From a virus: a stretch of 64,000 nucleotides of DNA. The stretch's first letter is position 1. Every line of letters begins with the position of its first letter. Positions 48,951-58,551 of the stretch are shown piece by piece. A model generated the notes under the pieces. The model saw only the letters and a program-made list of their open reading frames with translations, ran no database searches and was not told the origin of the DNA. Where the stretch lies: the IMG/VR virus record IMGVR_UViG_3300031669_005140; one strand, 5' to 3'. Both the position numbers and the translations under genes were made by a program.

Positions 48951-49667
48951 ATGAAAAAATTAAAAAGAAAGTTTGAAAAAATGTTCGACGGTAAAATTGA
49001 AAATATCCGAATTGCCCCCGTATATATTCACGACAATGAATGCGGTGGTGTGAATGAGTTGAGCTGCACAATTACATTTATAACAGATGTGAAGAATGCT
49101 GGGAAATTAATTGAAATGATTGAGCCAGAGGATGAAATGTTAATGGATAAAGAAAGCATTGATAATGTTATTAATGAGTTAGCACAAGATATAGTAAATA
49201 AGGATTTGTCTTTAAATGAGGCTTGGAAAAGATATATTGAAATATATAGAACTGCCTATAATGATGGTGGCACTATAATTAATCCAATATATTTAATTAA
49301 TCTAATTAGGATAAAATATAGAAAAGATTTTTATTGGGGATTATATTCAAATTTTTTTGATTATAATATTGAAAAAAGAAATGATTTCATTTTTACTTAC
49401 ATTAAAAATAGTGTTTCTAGCAAGAAGGTTATTAATAAGCCGATAAATGAATTAAAGGACAATATTGCTTACCTTCAGGAAATAAATGCCAAGGAACAAA
49501 ATAAAATGCCAGAATTTAATGTTAGTACCTGTTATATTATGAAAAGACTTGATGATGGTCATGTATTTGTAACGACTAATGAGCAATATGCGAATAAAAT
49601 ATATGGTAGAGGTGGTTTTGAAATGCTAATTGTCAACCAAATTAATCCTGAAGAGTATGGATACTAA
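48951..49667 (+). CDS. hypothetical protein
   Basis: ORF track. Confidence 0.75.
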   Translation: MKKLKRKFEKMFDGKIENIRIAPVYIHDNECGGVNELSCTITFITDVKNAGKLIEMIEPEDEMLMDKESIDNVINELAQDIVNKDLSLNEAWKRYIEIYRTAYNDGGTIINPIYLINLIRIKYRKDFYWGLYSNFFDYNIEKRNDFIFTYIKNSVSSKKVINKPINELKDNIAYLQEINAKEQNKMPEFNVSTCYIMKRLDDGHVFVTTNEQYANKIYGRGGFEMLIVNQINPEEYGY

Positions 49668-49986
49668 AAATTTAACACCAGCACAAATTGAGGCAGTTGT
49701 TGATTGGATGAATACTTGGGAACAGTTGAAAGATACTGCAATTCCTTTACGTTTCAAGGAAGATTTTACCAAGCATGTTACTAGTTATTATCGTCCAAAA
49801 ACAATTGGTGAACTTTATGATGCGCTACTTCAGAATATAAAGTGTGAAGTTGCAGCAGCTAATATTGAGAATACATTATTTCTATTGCAAGAATTAATTA
49901 ATGTTGATGGTAGGAATTTTGAATTTAAGATATGTCCATCCATTCAAAATGAATGGATAATTTGTGAAGCAATTCATTTAGACTAG
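49630..49986 (+). CDS. hypothetical protein (probable start 49657)
   Basis: ORF track. Confidence 0.7.
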   Translation: MSTKLILKSMDTKNLTPAQIEAVVDWMNTWEQLKDTAIPLRFKEDFTKHVTSYYRPKTIGELYDALLQNIKCEVAAANIENTLFLLQELINVDGRNFEFKICPSIQNEWIICEAIHLD

Positions 49987-50144
49987 TTTTGTTCTTGTGA
50001 TATTACTCATAGGGATTTGTCTGAGTTAAAAAGTGGTAGATGCATGGGTGCAACTGATAACTAATGTAACAAAACTAAGTTATATACGTATAACACAATA
50101 AATATGTAATTTACTCCCAGATTTAAAAATAATTAATTGACTTA

Positions 50145-50549
50145 ATGCCAAAAAACATGGAAAAGGAACAGAATTTACAAACAGCAGAAACACAGTCATT
50201 AAATATACCAGTTACTATGCCACGTATTTCTCATTTTATTGATGAGAATGGCAATAATGTAGATATAAATGCTGGCGGTGTGAATGTGATATTGAAACGA
50301 GATGGAACTCACGAATATTTTATAAGTTATGGGTTTGCAGGTAGAATGCAACTCACTCCAATATATGTTACCAACAAACGTTGTATTGAATTAAAGCGTA
50401 GTGATTTGCAGAAAGACAAAAATAATTTACCAATTGATATGATAACACTATATGATTTTAAGGGAAGTGTGATGAGTAGGAATGAAATAAATATGGCAGA
50501 ACAAATTATTTTTGTTGATGGTGAACAGATAAAAGAACTTAAGAACTAA
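50145..50549 (+). CDS. hypothetical protein with a cassette-junction-like N-terminus
   Basis: ETQSLNIPVTMPR resembles NLNIPAVMG and NLTIPRVVG of the cassette genes. Confidence 0.7.
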   Translation: MPKNMEKEQNLQTAETQSLNIPVTMPRISHFIDENGNNVDINAGGVNVILKRDGTHEYFISYGFAGRMQLTPIYVTNKRCIELKRSDLQKDKNNLPIDMITLYDFKGSVMSRNEINMAEQIIFVDGEQIKELKN

Positions 50550-50682
50550 TATGCTACTTGGTAATATGAAAAAAAGAATGAAATTATAAATGCAACATTA
50601 AAAGCATATCAATCATAAATTAATTGTAACACATTATTATAATTTTCGTATAATATGTATTAGTAACATAAAAATTAATGTC

Positions 50683-51054
50683 ATGTCAAAACTCAAAGAA
50701 TATTTAGAGCAGAAAAGAATTCGTGAATTGGAATTGCCTAAATTATACGTAGTTAAATCTACAAAAGAAGGCGTTGAAAAACCAATGGAAATGCAAGTCA
50801 TTCAAATTAAAAAGAATGTAGGTATTTCACATACTCAAGAAGGCAAAGTTAGCATTCATAGATATTTTGTCAATAACTCGCCTTTTGAAATTGATATTTT
50901 AGAAGGAAAAACAAATGCAATTGATATGCAATATGGTAGTGGGTGTGGTGATTTATGGGGATATACATACTTTTCTTCTTTATTACCGAATGAAGCGGAT
51001 GAGTTTTATGACAAGGAATTGGAGAGAGTTAATCAAAAATATAAAACTAAATAA
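50683..51054 (+). CDS. hypothetical protein
   Basis: ORF track; promoter 50625. Confidence 0.75.
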   Translation: MSKLKEYLEQKRIRELELPKLYVVKSTKEGVEKPMEMQVIQIKKNVGISHTQEGKVSIHRYFVNNSPFEIDILEGKTNAIDMQYGSGCGDLWGYTYFSSLLPNEADEFYDKELERVNQKYKTK

Positions 51055-51056
51055 AT

Positions 51057-51266
51057 ATGAGTTTAAATTCTGGTTCAAAACATTATGATGCTTACTATGA
51101 CCACGTTTTAGATAAGCAAAAAGCAACAGGTAATATTGCAAAAGTATATAATTTAATCTCTGATATATCTGATAGGCGTGGTCTAAGACAAGAATGGGAA
51201 GAAATTGATGGTGATATTCAAGATGAAATCATAGAAAAGTGGATTAAAATTATAGAAGGTTCTTAA
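51057..51266 (+). CDS. hypothetical protein
   Basis: ORF track. Confidence 0.7.
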   Translation: MSLNSGSKHYDAYYDHVLDKQKATGNIAKVYNLISDISDRRGLRQEWEEIDGDIQDEIIEKWIKIIEGS

Positions 51267-51283
51267 TTAAAAATAAATTAACT

Positions 51284-51697
51284 ATGGAAATGTTTAGTAG
51301 TTGTGCTGGTAGGTGTGATGATTGCGTAATTAGCTATATCGGAGGATGTATTGCTGGTCATGGTGATGATGATTTCTCACCTATCACTGAAGAAATTGCA
51401 AAGAAATTGGTTAAGGAAAATAGTGTAAAAGACTATAGGCTCAAAGCGTTGAAAAATAAATTTCCGTCATTAAATGATGTGGCAAAAGAATCACAAACAT
51501 CTGACATTAATATTACAAATTGCACTCAATGCAATTTTCATAAAATATTACCAGACCCTGATCCAGATGATTGGTTTTGTGATGATGATGTAAAGGTAAT
51601 GTGTACAAAAGAAAATAGAAATATTACTGTTGCATGTAGACCTCATCACGTAAAAAGGGAATGTAATGTGCCTAAATGGTGTCCACTCACTAAGTAA
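51284..51697 (+). CDS. Cys-rich hypothetical protein
   Basis: Several CxxC motifs; ends CPL. Confidence 0.75.
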   Translation: MEMFSSCAGRCDDCVISYIGGCIAGHGDDDFSPITEEIAKKLVKENSVKDYRLKALKNKFPSLNDVAKESQTSDINITNCTQCNFHKILPDPDPDDWFCDDDVKVMCTKENRNITVACRPHHVKRECNVPKWCPLTK

Positions 51698-51918
51698 TTA
51701 GAAAACATGTATGTAGAAAAAACCGATAAAGAGATTATTGAAGCACTTGAATTTGCTGACAACTATGAGGCAGCATCATTAATCAAATACCAAAAAAAAC
51801 TGATTGCTAATTTGAGGCGAGAACTTACAAAGTTAAAGAAAAAAAATAAGTCCAAGTAACAAATTTAAATTAATTTCGTATAATAAGTATTATTAGTTTT
51901 TTAAAGCATTAATTAGTT

Positions 51919-52146
51919 ATGGAAAAACTTTATTTTAAAACAACGGGAAGTGAACCAGATGTTTGTTGTGTTGAACCTTGTATCTATGAAGATAGACCAA
52001 GTGAAGGCACAATGATTGGAAGTTCAAATTGCCAAGATTGTAGAGCATGTTATGGTTGGGATAGTGAAGAAAATTGGATTAAATGTCTAAATCATTCCTT
52101 GGAAAAACAAGGTTTTCCTGTACGACTAGCCGATATTGAAAAATAA
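51919..52146 (+). CDS. Cys-rich hypothetical protein
   Basis: ORF track; promoter 51855. Confidence 0.7.
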   Translation: MEKLYFKTTGSEPDVCCVEPCIYEDRPSEGTMIGSSNCQDCRACYGWDSEENWIKCLNHSLEKQGFPVRLADIEK

Positions 52147-52170
52147 TTAATAGCAATTATATCATAGAAA

Positions 52171-52380
52171 ATGGAATATTTTTTAGGAAAAATAAGATTC
52201 TTGCTGAAAATTGAATATGATTTTGGGATGGAAGAAAATATTGAAGGCGAATTGTCTCACCTTGTAAAAGCGAGTGATAAAGACCTTGCAAGAATCGCAT
52301 TATTGGAGTATTGGGAAAAAGAAAATAATGGTGCGGTTTTACTTGAAGCACGAATATACGATACAATATTTGGTAAATAA
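52171..52380 (+). CDS. hypothetical protein
   Basis: ORF track. Confidence 0.65.
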   Translation: MEYFLGKIRFLLKIEYDFGMEENIEGELSHLVKASDKDLARIALLEYWEKENNGAVLLEARIYDTIFGK

Positions 52381-52426
52381 TACACATGTAACAAATTTAA
52401 ATTAATTTCGTATAACATAAAAAACT

Positions 52427-52612
52427 ATGGAAACATTTAGCGGTATATTTGAATTTCAAATTGATGAAAAATCAAATGGAATTGTTTTACGTCTTAATGA
52501 CGAGAGAGGTATTTGTGCACTAAGAATATGCAAAATACCTAAAGAATTGGTCTTTAATCAAGACGGTACAATAAAAGAATTTATTGATATTGCATACCCC
52601 AATAATCAATAA
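52427..52612 (+). CDS. hypothetical protein
   Basis: ORF track; promoter 52387. Confidence 0.65.
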   Translation: METFSGIFEFQIDEKSNGIVLRLNDERGICALRICKIPKELVFNQDGTIKEFIDIAYPNNQ

Positions 52613-52656
52613 CATAAGCAATTAAGTGTTACAAAAAATAAATTAAAATTAACTTC

Positions 52657-53061
52657 ATGAAACTATCTATAGAAAATATTATTGAGTTATTTATAAATGA
52701 TACGTATATATGTGCAGTACAGGCATTACAATTGATGAAATATCAAATGGAAAAATATGGCTGGACAAAGGAGCAATGGAATGAGTATTATTTTACATAT
52801 TATTCTAATAACATTTCTATCGTGCCAGTGATTACCCACAATCCGCTTGAAATAAATACTGTTTTACATACAAAAGATGGAAGATACATTGGTAACGCCA
52901 TAATTGTAGGTAAAGATGGCAATTACAATATTATTAAAACTGATTATGGTAATATATGTAAATTTACTGATAGTGAAATTAGAACACATTTTTATATTGC
53001 ATATGCCGATTTAACTGATGAGGAAAAGCAATTCATAAAAAAACATAAATATTCAGTATAA
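52657..53061 (+). CDS. hypothetical protein
   Basis: ORF track. Confidence 0.7.
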   Translation: MKLSIENIIELFINDTYICAVQALQLMKYQMEKYGWTKEQWNEYYFTYYSNNISIVPVITHNPLEINTVLHTKDGRYIGNAIIVGKDGNYNIIKTDYGNICKFTDSEIRTHFYIAYADLTDEEKQFIKKHKYSV

Positions 53062-53065
53062 AAAT

Positions 53066-53488
53066 ATGATATATCCAGTAATTACACTTTATCAACCGTG
53101 GGCAACATGGATTATGAGAGGATGGAAAACAATTGAAACCAGAACTCATGATAGATTTGCATGTCTTGAAAATCAGAGAATATTAATTCATGCTGGGCAA
53201 ATAACAGACATGTCAGCATTTAATAATCCTTATCTTACAAATGAGCAACTTCAATATAAACCTAAAGAAATCATTAATGGATTTATATTGGGCAGTGCAT
53301 TTGTAAGCGATTTTAAAGAACTAACTACCAATGCTGCACAACATGCATTGATTGAATGTGAAACAAAAAGATATGGTTTATTTCTTGAAAAAATAGAGCA
53401 TTGGAGTGTTCCTATACAAGCCAAAGGAAGTATGGGAATTTGGTATTTTGATACTGAAACAATGAGTAAAATTAAAAAACCAATATAA
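53066..53488 (+). CDS. ASCH-domain protein
   Basis: ITLYQPWATWIMRGWKTIETR...ILIHAG. Confidence 0.88.
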   Translation: MIYPVITLYQPWATWIMRGWKTIETRTHDRFACLENQRILIHAGQITDMSAFNNPYLTNEQLQYKPKEIINGFILGSAFVSDFKELTTNAAQHALIECETKRYGLFLEKIEHWSVPIQAKGSMGIWYFDTETMSKIKKPI

Positions 53489-53499
53489 AATCTACTGAT

Positions 53500-53739
53500 A
53501 TGATACTTAATGATTTACTTAAGGGAAAATTGGTCAACATTATGACTGATGCAAAAGTAATGGTGCAACTAGAGATTGAAACTGTAACAGAAACTCATCA
53601 CAGTGAAGATTTAGCACCTGCAACAAGAGAAAATGATTGGTGGCCACCTTCAAGAGATTGGACGACCATAGATATTAAATTTACTAACGGATTTCATAAA
53701 TCATATCATAGTTTTTACGATATTGATATTGTTTCATAA
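53500..53739 (+). CDS. hypothetical protein
   Basis: ORF track. Confidence 0.7.
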   Translation: MILNDLLKGKLVNIMTDAKVMVQLEIETVTETHHSEDLAPATRENDWWPPSRDWTTIDIKFTNGFHKSYHSFYDIDIVS

Positions 53740-53747
53740 AATAAATT

Positions 53748-54242
53748 ATGATAAAAGTTTATCAAACAATCGTTGATAAAGGTAAAGGTAATTGTGCACA
53801 AGCAGCAATTGCTTCTTTACTTGAATTAGATTTAATGGATGTTCCCAACTTTATCATGCATGAAAATCGTGGATATGAATATACAATATTTGGATTTCTT
53901 AGGAGTCGGGGATATGATGTAACCTACATAGATAAAGGAAAAAATTCTACTGAGTTTTTAAAAAAGGTTGCAAAATTTGATAATGGCTTAAATGGTTATT
54001 TTTATGCCAGTGTAAACAGTCAAACATTTGAAGATACTACCCATGCAGTTATTGTTGATAGTGATTTAAATATTGTTCATGATCCCAATCCTAACCAACT
54101 TGCACTAAACCTTACGCCCAATGATATATTAAGCATAATTGCTATGCATGATATGATAATTGGAAAAACTGGTAAATTATTCACTTTGCAAGATTGGCAA
54201 GAAGCTGGCGATGAAGAAAAGAACTTAAATACTTATAGGTAG
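53748..54242 (+). CDS. hypothetical protein (possible papain-like C..H..D fold)
   Basis: GNCAQAAIASLL...HAVIV...HDPNP. Confidence 0.65.
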   Translation: MIKVYQTIVDKGKGNCAQAAIASLLELDLMDVPNFIMHENRGYEYTIFGFLRSRGYDVTYIDKGKNSTEFLKKVAKFDNGLNGYFYASVNSQTFEDTTHAVIVDSDLNIVHDPNPNQLALNLTPNDILSIIAMHDMIIGKTGKLFTLQDWQEAGDEEKNLNTYR

Positions 54243-54350
54243 TGATATAATTATAGGTAATTAGGTAATAATTGTTTATATTTGCTGCAATAATAAATAT
54301 TTGTAACATTTACACATTAATCTCGTATAATCAATTAAACGTTCTATAAT

Positions 54351-54665
54351 ATGAAGACAGGTTTAAAAAAATTCAATATATTCAGAAAAAAACACGATGT
54401 ATTAACTGCTAATGAAATTTATTCATATATTGATGAATTTATACCCATCTATAAAAATTACAATAAGGTTAATCCAATACCTGAAAGAATTAAAGTTACT
54501 GTCTGGTGTGAATCAGCATTAACAAATGGTTTTGTATGTAATGTTACTGCAGAAGAGATGCGTAGTGAAGTCAATCTTTTTCCAGTGAGTTGGATTTATG
54601 AAAGTAAACTTCAACGGCTTTATCGAAAAAATAATCAAAAATTATACAAAACACATAGAACATAA
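54351..54665 (+). CDS. hypothetical protein
   Basis: ORF track; promoter 54302. Confidence 0.7.
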   Translation: MKTGLKKFNIFRKKHDVLTANEIYSYIDEFIPIYKNYNKVNPIPERIKVTVWCESALTNGFVCNVTAEEMRSEVNLFPVSWIYESKLQRLYRKNNQKLYKTHRT

Positions 54666-54703
54666 CGAAAGAACAATCAATTAAACATTTAAATTTATAT
54701 TGT

Positions 54704-55042
54704 ATGAATGCAATTATTTTTGACCTATTGAAAAACAACTTTTCTGTTGAAATGTCATATGACAATGAAAAATCATTAATTGAATATAGGTTAACTGGTT
54801 TTTATAAAAGTAGTGGAGTGGTATTGACCGAATCAGGCGAGAAACTAATTGCTATTGCTAGGTATGATGAAACAACCGAAATAAATGACATTCGTGACTT
54901 AGTTGCATTAAATTATGAATGGTGGATTAGTAGTCGAGATAGAAGTGAAAGCTGGAAAAACCCTGAACAGGCTTGGATTCCATTATTGGAAAAATATGGT
55001 TTTATTAAGAAAAAAACTGAAACAATTACCACATATATTTAA
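54704..55042 (+). CDS. hypothetical protein
   Basis: ORF track. Confidence 0.75.
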   Translation: MNAIIFDLLKNNFSVEMSYDNEKSLIEYRLTGFYKSSGVVLTESGEKLIAIARYDETTEINDIRDLVALNYEWWISSRDRSESWKNPEQAWIPLLEKYGFIKKKTETITTYI

Positions 55043-55277
55043 ATCACATAAACTGAAATATCTTATGAAAATCGATGAACTACGTGCATATGCAGAAGAA
55101 AATGGATTTGATGACTTGGAATTCGAATTTACAAATCTATTGGGCGAAGTAAAGAAATGTAAATGGCTAGATGCCTATTTGGGTTTTTTTAAAATTGATG
55201 GTGGTACTGGATTTATTACAGTAGACCAATGGAAAAAAATTACTGGTGATGTATTTGAATTTAAATTAATATCTTAA
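54915..55277 (+). CDS. hypothetical protein (probable start 55066)
   Basis: ORF track. Confidence 0.65.
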   Translation: MNGGLVVEIEVKAGKTLNRLGFHYWKNMVLLRKKLKQLPHIFKSHKLKYLMKIDELRAYAEENGFDDLEFEFTNLLGEVKKCKWLDAYLGFFKIDGGTGFITVDQWKKITGDVFEFKLIS

Positions 55278-55390
55278 TTAATATATATGATTTATTCGAT
55301 TTTGTGTGCGTATGCAACTGGATATGTTATTTATCTTATGAGCATTTATAAATTGTATGGAAAGAAAGAAAAATATAAACCAATATTGGC

Positions 55391-55714
55391 TTGTATTTTT
55401 TGGCCTATCTTACTTATACTTTCAATATTATGAAAAACGGAAATATAGTTTACAAGAACTACGTGCTGGAGCCAGATTCTCCAACGTTCTACAACCTATA
55501 CAAAAATAGGATAATGACTAACCGCATGAAGGATGGCCACAAGTTACCCGATAAGGAGGTAAAAGACCTGCTTGGTTATTCCATGTCGGTTAGCCGAGCC
55601 ATACGGTTTATCATCTTGGACATGGCGCAGGATGGGTTAGCACCAGATACGCAGCTGTCTTCCTTCAGGAATGACATTCTTAGGATAGAGAAAGAGGTAA
55701 CATCCATTCTGTAA
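55391..55714 (+). CDS. hypothetical protein (probable start 55427)
   Basis: ORF track; start of the GC-richer block. Confidence 0.65.
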   Translation: MYFLAYLTYTFNIMKNGNIVYKNYVLEPDSPTFYNLYKNRIMTNRMKDGHKLPDKEVKDLLGYSMSVSRAIRFIILDMAQDGLAPDTQLSSFRNDILRIEKEVTSIL

Positions 55715-56613
55715 TGGCCATAAATATCTCTTCTTCTTTGATGGCTCACCTCTTCTTCAAGGGGGAGCCTTTACCTGTTTGCCCTCGCAACCTAAAGCGT
55801 ATATGGATAGATAAGGAGCAGCTGTCTGCACCTACCTTACCCATGCTTTATGGCCAGTATGGGGAGACGCTATGCCTGGGTGCTACGGCCTACAGCACCG
55901 TAGACGATTTGCCTAGGAAGGCACTATCTCCCAATCAGGAAAAGGAGAACAGGTATCGGCAAATAAAAGGACTTCCGCTTATACAGGGGGATAAGAGCCT
56001 AACACACCGAAGGATAGATGAGCAGGCCATGAGGTTCAAGCAGCTGGAGAAGGATGGCGTATTTGAGGTATACGGAACGCAGGTTAAGCTTCGGATGGAT
56101 ATGGGGGACGGCTTTGTCCTAGGGGGAGTGCTGGATATGTTTCCTTTCACCTATAACGATACGGCTGACGGAGAAAGCTACTTCGGGGTAGGAGACCTAA
56201 AGTTTAGCGAGACGCTAGATCAGTCCTACGTGATGGTCAAATACCCTTGGGGCGACTTTGGGGCCATGGATAAAACCCAAGCCTTCGTATACCTAAAGCT
56301 GGTTGAGAACATAGACAACGAGCTAAATGAAAGCGTGGTTAGCGGATTACCCGCTAGGATGATGGATATGCTAGGCGCTACGGTATTCGTGTATACGGTA
56401 TTCGAGTGGGGAAGCAAGATGCGCTGGAGACCTTACGTGGTTAAGCGAACGGACTCGGACGGTAAGGAGGTTATGGAGACCATCAGGCGAACTAAGGGCA
56501 TTTTAAGCCATTACAGGGATCAAGATTGGCCAGCCATGCCAGACGTTAGGTTGTGCGAGAGATGCCCCCTAACGGACTGTAATGAGCGTTTAACCACGGT
56601 TGTTTGGGAATAG
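55714..56613 (+). CDS. PD-(D/E)XK nuclease (RecB/Cas4-like)
   Basis: GGVLD...GDLKFS...QAFVY and C-terminal CERCPLTDC cysteine cluster. Confidence 0.75.
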   Translation: MAINISSSLMAHLFFKGEPLPVCPRNLKRIWIDKEQLSAPTLPMLYGQYGETLCLGATAYSTVDDLPRKALSPNQEKENRYRQIKGLPLIQGDKSLTHRRIDEQAMRFKQLEKDGVFEVYGTQVKLRMDMGDGFVLGGVLDMFPFTYNDTADGESYFGVGDLKFSETLDQSYVMVKYPWGDFGAMDKTQAFVYLKLVENIDNELNESVVSGLPARMMDMLGATVFVYTVFEWGSKMRWRPYVVKRTDSDGKEVMETIRRTKGILSHYRDQDWPAMPDVRLCERCPLTDCNERLTTVVWE

Positions 56614-56642
56614 AGAACTGAACTGTTTTACAATAATGGATT

Positions 56643-56906
56643 ATGATTGAATATATTGATAGATATAGTAGTACAGATTTACCTGATGACATAGGTAGAT
56701 GGGCAAGAGCTGCCGTTTATAAAAACATTAGAATTGCTTGGATTAGTAGACTTGAAGTAAAAGGTAAATTTATCTTTAGTGTTTCTTGCCATTTTCCTAC
56801 TATGCAAAATGATACAGCAAATGAACATAAAGTATGCTTTAGTTTAGAAGAAGCAAAAGACTTTGTAAAAGAGCGTTGGGAATGGTTTTTAACGGCCGTT
56901 TCTTAA
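56643..56906 (+). CDS. hypothetical protein
   Basis: ORF track. Confidence 0.7.
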   Translation: MIEYIDRYSSTDLPDDIGRWARAAVYKNIRIAWISRLEVKGKFIFSVSCHFPTMQNDTANEHKVCFSLEEAKDFVKERWEWFLTAVS

Positions 56907-56949
56907 ATGGCTGATAATGGATATTATAAACAACTAAAACTTAAACATT

Positions 56950-57150
56950 ATGATAAAAGTAAAGTTTCCAAAAGAGCAAGTAGCCATATTTAATAGTATG
57001 GGCACAATTGTAAATACGGCAAGTGGTAACGTATACAGATACTTCCCATATTGGGTTAGAGAAACCGAAGAAGAAGGTGTATTCGAGTTGTTTCTTCTTG
57101 GAAAATTGCCTGATGAATTGGTAAACATCATCATAGCTATGAGAGAGTAG
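56950..57150 (+). CDS. hypothetical protein
   Basis: ORF track. Confidence 0.65.
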   Translation: MIKVKFPKEQVAIFNSMGTIVNTASGNVYRYFPYWVRETEEEGVFELFLLGKLPDELVNIIIAMRE

Positions 57151-57181
57151 CCTTGTTGCTTACGTTAATAACTTCCAAAAA

Positions 57182-57595
57182 GTGATAACCATGGAGAATA
57201 ACTTGATACGGCCACCGTATATGTTGCTAGATGAAGACGGATACCCTACGGATGAATGGCTTGCATTTCTTAGAAACTATGATCCAGAAACATGCATACC
57301 TGTTCAAGAATTGGTCGTAGATTACCTACCTAATGGATGGAATCATAGGGACTGGGGATATAAGTTACACCGAAGGTATCGAGAAAAAAGAAGGCTAGAG
57401 TTGCATACCGGAGGCTGGAGCGGAAACGAGGAGGTAATAAGGGCTATTTTAGATAATTTCTGGCTTACTGATTTTAAGTTACGGTACGTTATGTGGAAGA
57501 CTGGAGGACACTACTACTTCGAGCTAGCTTGGTTAGACGATGAGTTGTTTGTTCACAATATATTAGCGTTCATTTTAAATGCACAGCGCGATTAA
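57182..57595 (+). CDS. phage hypothetical protein
   Basis: DEDGYPT...LHTGGWSGNEEVIRAI...GGHYYFE. Confidence 0.75.
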   Translation: MITMENNLIRPPYMLLDEDGYPTDEWLAFLRNYDPETCIPVQELVVDYLPNGWNHRDWGYKLHRRYREKRRLELHTGGWSGNEEVIRAILDNFWLTDFKLRYVMWKTGGHYYFELAWLDDELFVHNILAFILNAQRD

Positions 57596-57631
57596 CGGAA
57601 CAAGAAATATACAACTTGAAAATGAATAACT

Positions 57632-58165
57632 ATGGGAAGACCGCTAAAGATAAGGCCATATAAGGCAGAGGACGTGCTCACGCTTGTCTTCAACTTGGAC
57701 AAGATTACTATGGAGCATCACATCACCCGAAGGGATTTACGCCTACTGTTGGCCATAAAGACCGTAGAGTCTCATGGGCTTAGGGCTTCGTCGATTACGT
57801 TGGCCTACCTAGGAACCTACACACGTCCCCAGATATACAAGATTATTCGGATCATGTCATATAGGGGATATGTATACAGAACCGACATGGGGCACAACAA
57901 CGTAAACTACTTTCTAACTGAGAAGGGTGAAGACTTGCTATCACTCTTTGCTACCGAATACAAGAATGAGCAAACAAGAATTAGAGGAGTTGTCCGGAAA
58001 ACCGGAAAGTTCGGAACGTCTGAGAAAAATAGTTCACTACAACGCCTATACAAGGGGCTACAAGGCAGGACTATTAAAACTCCTAAGCATGGAGGTGTGT
58101 CCATACGGGTTAAGACCAAACGAAGGAAGGGACGTAAGAAGGTGGTTGTGGATCAAGGGATATAA
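57632..58165 (+). CDS. winged-helix (MarR-like) DNA-binding protein
   Basis: TRPQIYKIIRIMSYRGYVYR...YFLTEKGEDLL. Confidence 0.7.
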   Translation: MGRPLKIRPYKAEDVLTLVFNLDKITMEHHITRRDLRLLLAIKTVESHGLRASSITLAYLGTYTRPQIYKIIRIMSYRGYVYRTDMGHNNVNYFLTEKGEDLLSLFATEYKNEQTRIRGVVRKTGKFGTSEKNSSLQRLYKGLQGRTIKTPKHGGVSIRVKTKRRKGRKKVVVDQGI

Positions 58166-58179
58166 AGACGGAGAGGAAT

Positions 58180-58551
58180 ATGGAACGAGAAGAAAAGATG
58201 CAGCGGATAGCGCATCACTTGACGATGATTGGGTTGCTGGCGGAGATGGAGATTAAGTCTATTGGAGACCGGCTGGTGTTTATTAAGGACGGAGAGCACT
58301 TCGTTGTAGGGAGATATGGGCTAGAGCCATCGGTTAGGATAAACCTACAGCAAAGGGTAAAGGACTTGGAGGGCTCTCTCTTTAGGGCCAACGCCTCACT
58401 CAGCTCTGCCCAGCGAAGGCTAAGGGGCATGGTGGAGTCCAGGATGCTAGGAAAGAAGGAAACCCATAAGCTGATGTCCATACTCGATAGCAGCGAGTCC
58501 GACAGGGAAAAGGTTATTGAGATGAAGCGATACCTAAAGGCCAATGTATGA
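58180..58551 (+). CDS. coiled-coil hypothetical protein
   Basis: ORF track; ATGA overlap with the methyltransferase. Confidence 0.7.
   Translation: MEREEKMQRIAHHLTMIGLLAEMEIKSIGDRLVFIKDGEHFVVGRYGLEPSVRINLQQRVKDLEGSLFRANASLSSAQRRLRGMVESRMLGKKETHKLMSILDSSESDREKVIEMKRYLKANV

Larger units (their letters stand above)
3064..54327 (+). promoter_or_regulatory. family of at least 55 ECF-type promoters, (T/C)GTAAC-N16/17-CGTA(TAAT)
   Basis: -35 boxes read at 3064,4074,5087,5424,6195,6324,6734,6830,8499,8823,9073,9174,9632,9929,10219,10320,10641,11281,12104,12501,13082,14612,14739,15699,16109,16375,16686,17460,18157,18675,20713,21149,21292,21367,22263,22578,23011,23721,24428,24871,25771,26018,26124,28463,29803,33635,34526,36597,42887,47057,50065,50625,51855,52387,54302; all on + and at gene boundaries. 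Confidence 0.9.

Noticed and set aside
56580-57610. Possible additional cassette junctions around genes 56643, 56950 and 57182
   Set aside because: There are TAAC-like and GTT-like boxes but no paired arms or complementary cassette ends.
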